Source: Amphiscolops sp. MND2022 (taxonomy: Eukaryota). Taken from it: a stretch of 64,000 bases of DNA. The position numbers and the translations under genes are program-made. Below the pieces are notes generated by a model. It had not been told where the DNA came from and made no database searches. It saw only the letters and a list, made by a program, of their open reading frames with translations. This document shows, one piece after another, positions 61,501 to 64,000 of this stretch. The DNA is taken from the NCBI GenBank assembly GCA_964187785.1, contig OZ076413.1, forward strand, positions 74,214,001 to 74,278,000, in the 5' to 3' direction. The number at the start of each line of letters is the position of its first letter. The first letter of the stretch is position 1.

Positions 61501-64000
61501 CAGTCGGTCCGTCTTTTCCGATACTTTCGGTAGAACTTTTGCTAGTTATTGTATTGCGCCGAGAATTGATTTCAACTCTTTTGTATTGTTCGGTGACTTC
61601 AACTTTCGTATCGCATCAACTTTCTCTTCGTTTGGTTTTATTCCGTTTTCGTCGATTTCGTGTCCCAGCCATTTTGTCCGTTTTAAGAAGAATTCGTTTT
61701 TTTACTTGTTCGGTATCCGGTTTTTTCGAGTTTAGATAACACACGTCGAATAGTTTCTTCTCATGTTCTTGTTTATTTCCGCGTGTTACTACTATCATGT
61801 CATCTAGCCATGCCGGTGTGCTGTATTCTAGTGTTCGGTCAATTTTTTCTTGAAAGATTGTGGGGATGTCGGCAAGTCCGTAGAACCCTTTTTTAAATCT
61901 GTAGTATCCACTAAATTTTGCATCGGTGATTGCAAATACGCATTGTCGGCTTAATTTTCGGATAGTTTCAATTGTCCGTATGCGTAATCTAAATCGATTT
62001 TTGAAATGAATAGTTGTAGTGTTCGATTCTGTGTAATTTTTACCGATATCTGATTTAACAATTCTTCCATGTTTGGCATATGTGGTCTCCGTTTGATTTG
62101 TCGTTCTCCACTGTTATCACTACCGGTGATACGAAACAGTCCTTCATCCACGTTATTTATTTTTTCTAGGTGTCCGGCTTTTATTAGTTTTTCAAGTTCT
62201 CGTCCTACGTCTTCTTGTAGGTGTAGTGGGATCGGTCTAGCTTTTTGTTTCAACGGGTAGTGTCCGGGTTTCAGATGTATATTTATATTTGTTTCGGTAT
62301 CCTCTATTGTCCGGTTGTTCTCAAACAGGTCCGGGAATTTGTTGATTACTTTCTCCTTTTCCGATTGGTTAGTTTCGGTTAGTTGTATTCTCCCGATTAT
62401 CAGTTTGAATTTTTTCATCCAGTCCATACCCAATAATGGTGTTATATCCGTTCTTTCGGTGATTAATATTTTCATCTTTTGTTTGTTATTTTCGTATTCC
62501 ATGTCTTCCGGAATCTTCCCCCGGATTTTTACTTCATTTTTGTTTACATCTTGGTATCGGTTTGTTATTTTTTGGATTTCGGTCGTATACATTATTTGTT
62601 CGTCTAGTGGTATTATTGTTACTGGAGATCCGGTATCGATGATAAATTCTTTTGGCGTTTCGTTTATTTTTATTTTTGCTGTGTAGAGTTTCTGTTGTTC
62701 TACGATGTTCTTTATTCCTTCTATGTGGTATATGCTCTCATCGGATTCACTCATCGATTCGTTCGGTTCTGTTTCTTATTCTTCGGTAAGTTTTCTCACT
62801 GTTCGGTTATTCTTTGTTCTTTGTTTGCATGCCCTTGCGTAGTGGCCTTTCTTTCCGCAGTTGTTGCAGTTTGAATCTTGTGCTGGACACTTGTGTATTG
62901 GGCTCCAGTTTGGTGCCTTGCAAAATCTGCATGGTCGGTTTCCTGTTGTTCTTGTTTTCGGTCTGGTACCGAGTTTTTCCATTCTCTGTAATGGTTCTTC
63001 TTTGATTATATGTTTTTTTGCGTTGTGATTAGGGCTTCTGGTATTGTATTTTTCTTGTTTTTCTTATCGTAGGTGTTTTGTTTGATCATTTCAATAGTTT
63101 TCTTCATCTCTAATATTTCTTTCATTTGTTTGTCCCGTCACTTCTGTCGGTAATCGCCGTCATGTACTTGGATATTAGTAGTTCTTCAGCTGATATGGTA
63201 CCGAAATTACATTCTTTTTCGATCTCGATGAGTTGTCTCCAGAATTCTTCGGGTGTTTCGTTTTCCGATTGTGTTGTCCAGGAGAAGTCTCCTCTGTTGT
63301 GGTATGTAATTCGTTTCGGGAGGTAATGTTCGGTGTATAGCCGGATTAGGTCTTTAATTTTGATGTTGTCCGGTTCCGTTTTATCCTCGACCCGTGTTAT
63401 CTGGTATAGCGCTTCCTGTCCCACTCCCCAGATAAAATCTTCTTGAATGTTTGCTTCTTTTTCTGCGGTCCATCCAGTTTCTTTGATATCTTCTCTTCTC
63501 CCTTCATTAGTGGTGTGATATCGATCTTGTGTTCCCGTTTAGTGAACTGCCGGAACCTCTCCAACCATTGTCTCGGGGTGAATATCGGGTTCCCGTCCGA
63601 TGCTTTTGCTTCTAGGTTCGGCACGATATTCTTTTCTGCCATGGTTCCGGTTAAAATTTTCGGTTTGTTTTAAAATCTTGCTTACTGCGCCATGTTGTAT
63701 TTCTAACTAATACTAAGAAACGAACAGAGTTTTCTAAAATAGTATCTCTTATTCAAGCGTATGCTATGTATCAAATAACATAAGTGATGTAACAACTTTA
63801 CATCCAGTGTTTGTAAATAATTTGGCAGGTATGTCTAAAACCGAAGTTCGGTAAGGTTCAGTTTCTTGATTGACGGATGAACCGTATAACAGTATGTTCT
63901 CATCGGATTTTGAGGCAATTTAATGGGACATTATTCTTCTCTACTGCCTAATTTTTGCTTTTTGAAAGTCTAGAAAGAATGATAAAGATTCGGGATTCTG
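58540..64000 (-). mobile_element. Gypsy-4: degenerate Gypsy element, same family as Gypsy-3, single gag-pol frame
   Basis: LTR end at 63693, PBS TGGCGCAGTAAGCAAG 63692-63677, gag from 63642 with CNNCGKKGHYARAC, IDTGSP protease, AWLDD RT, TDHQAL RNase H, integrase, PPT 58933-58943. Outer LTR ends not defined. Confidence 0.9.

Noticed and set aside
4234-63673. Numerous 60-150 aa ORFs antisense to gag/pol regions
   Set aside because: They are shadow ORFs of retroelement coding strands with no independent motifs or conservation.

Overview
This is eukaryotic, AT-rich DNA made almost entirely of nested, mostly degenerate transposable elements; no intact host gene is supported. Main components: (1) a full-length Ty3/Gypsy element at 1562-17114 (+) with ~1.48 kb LTRs and a CTGTC target-site duplication (TSD). 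Its Gag starts inside the LTR, and it carries an intron-containing antisense zinc-finger gene plus a sense ORF that runs into the 3' LTR. (2) A deleted relative at ~19500-24400 (-) that carries a homolog of the antisense gene. (3) Two diverged Bel/Pao elements at 26430-~34976 (+) and 36491-45304 (-, TSD ATATC). Both have a tRNA-derived Pol III A/B-box cassette inside the LTR, a primer-binding site (PBS) matching tRNA-Ile, and a conserved extra ORF (SGNH-like) upstream of gag. One carries a captured GALNT fragment; the other ends in a 480-bp fold-back enclosing a full-length copy of the primer tRNA. (4) Two degenerate Gypsy copies with a WLDD RT motif (~47050-52150, ~58540-64000) and a 2.35-kb tandem duplication. 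(5) A hAT transposase relic and several non-autonomous TIR elements. All domain calls come from reading motifs by eye; no searches were run, and identity figures are hand counts.
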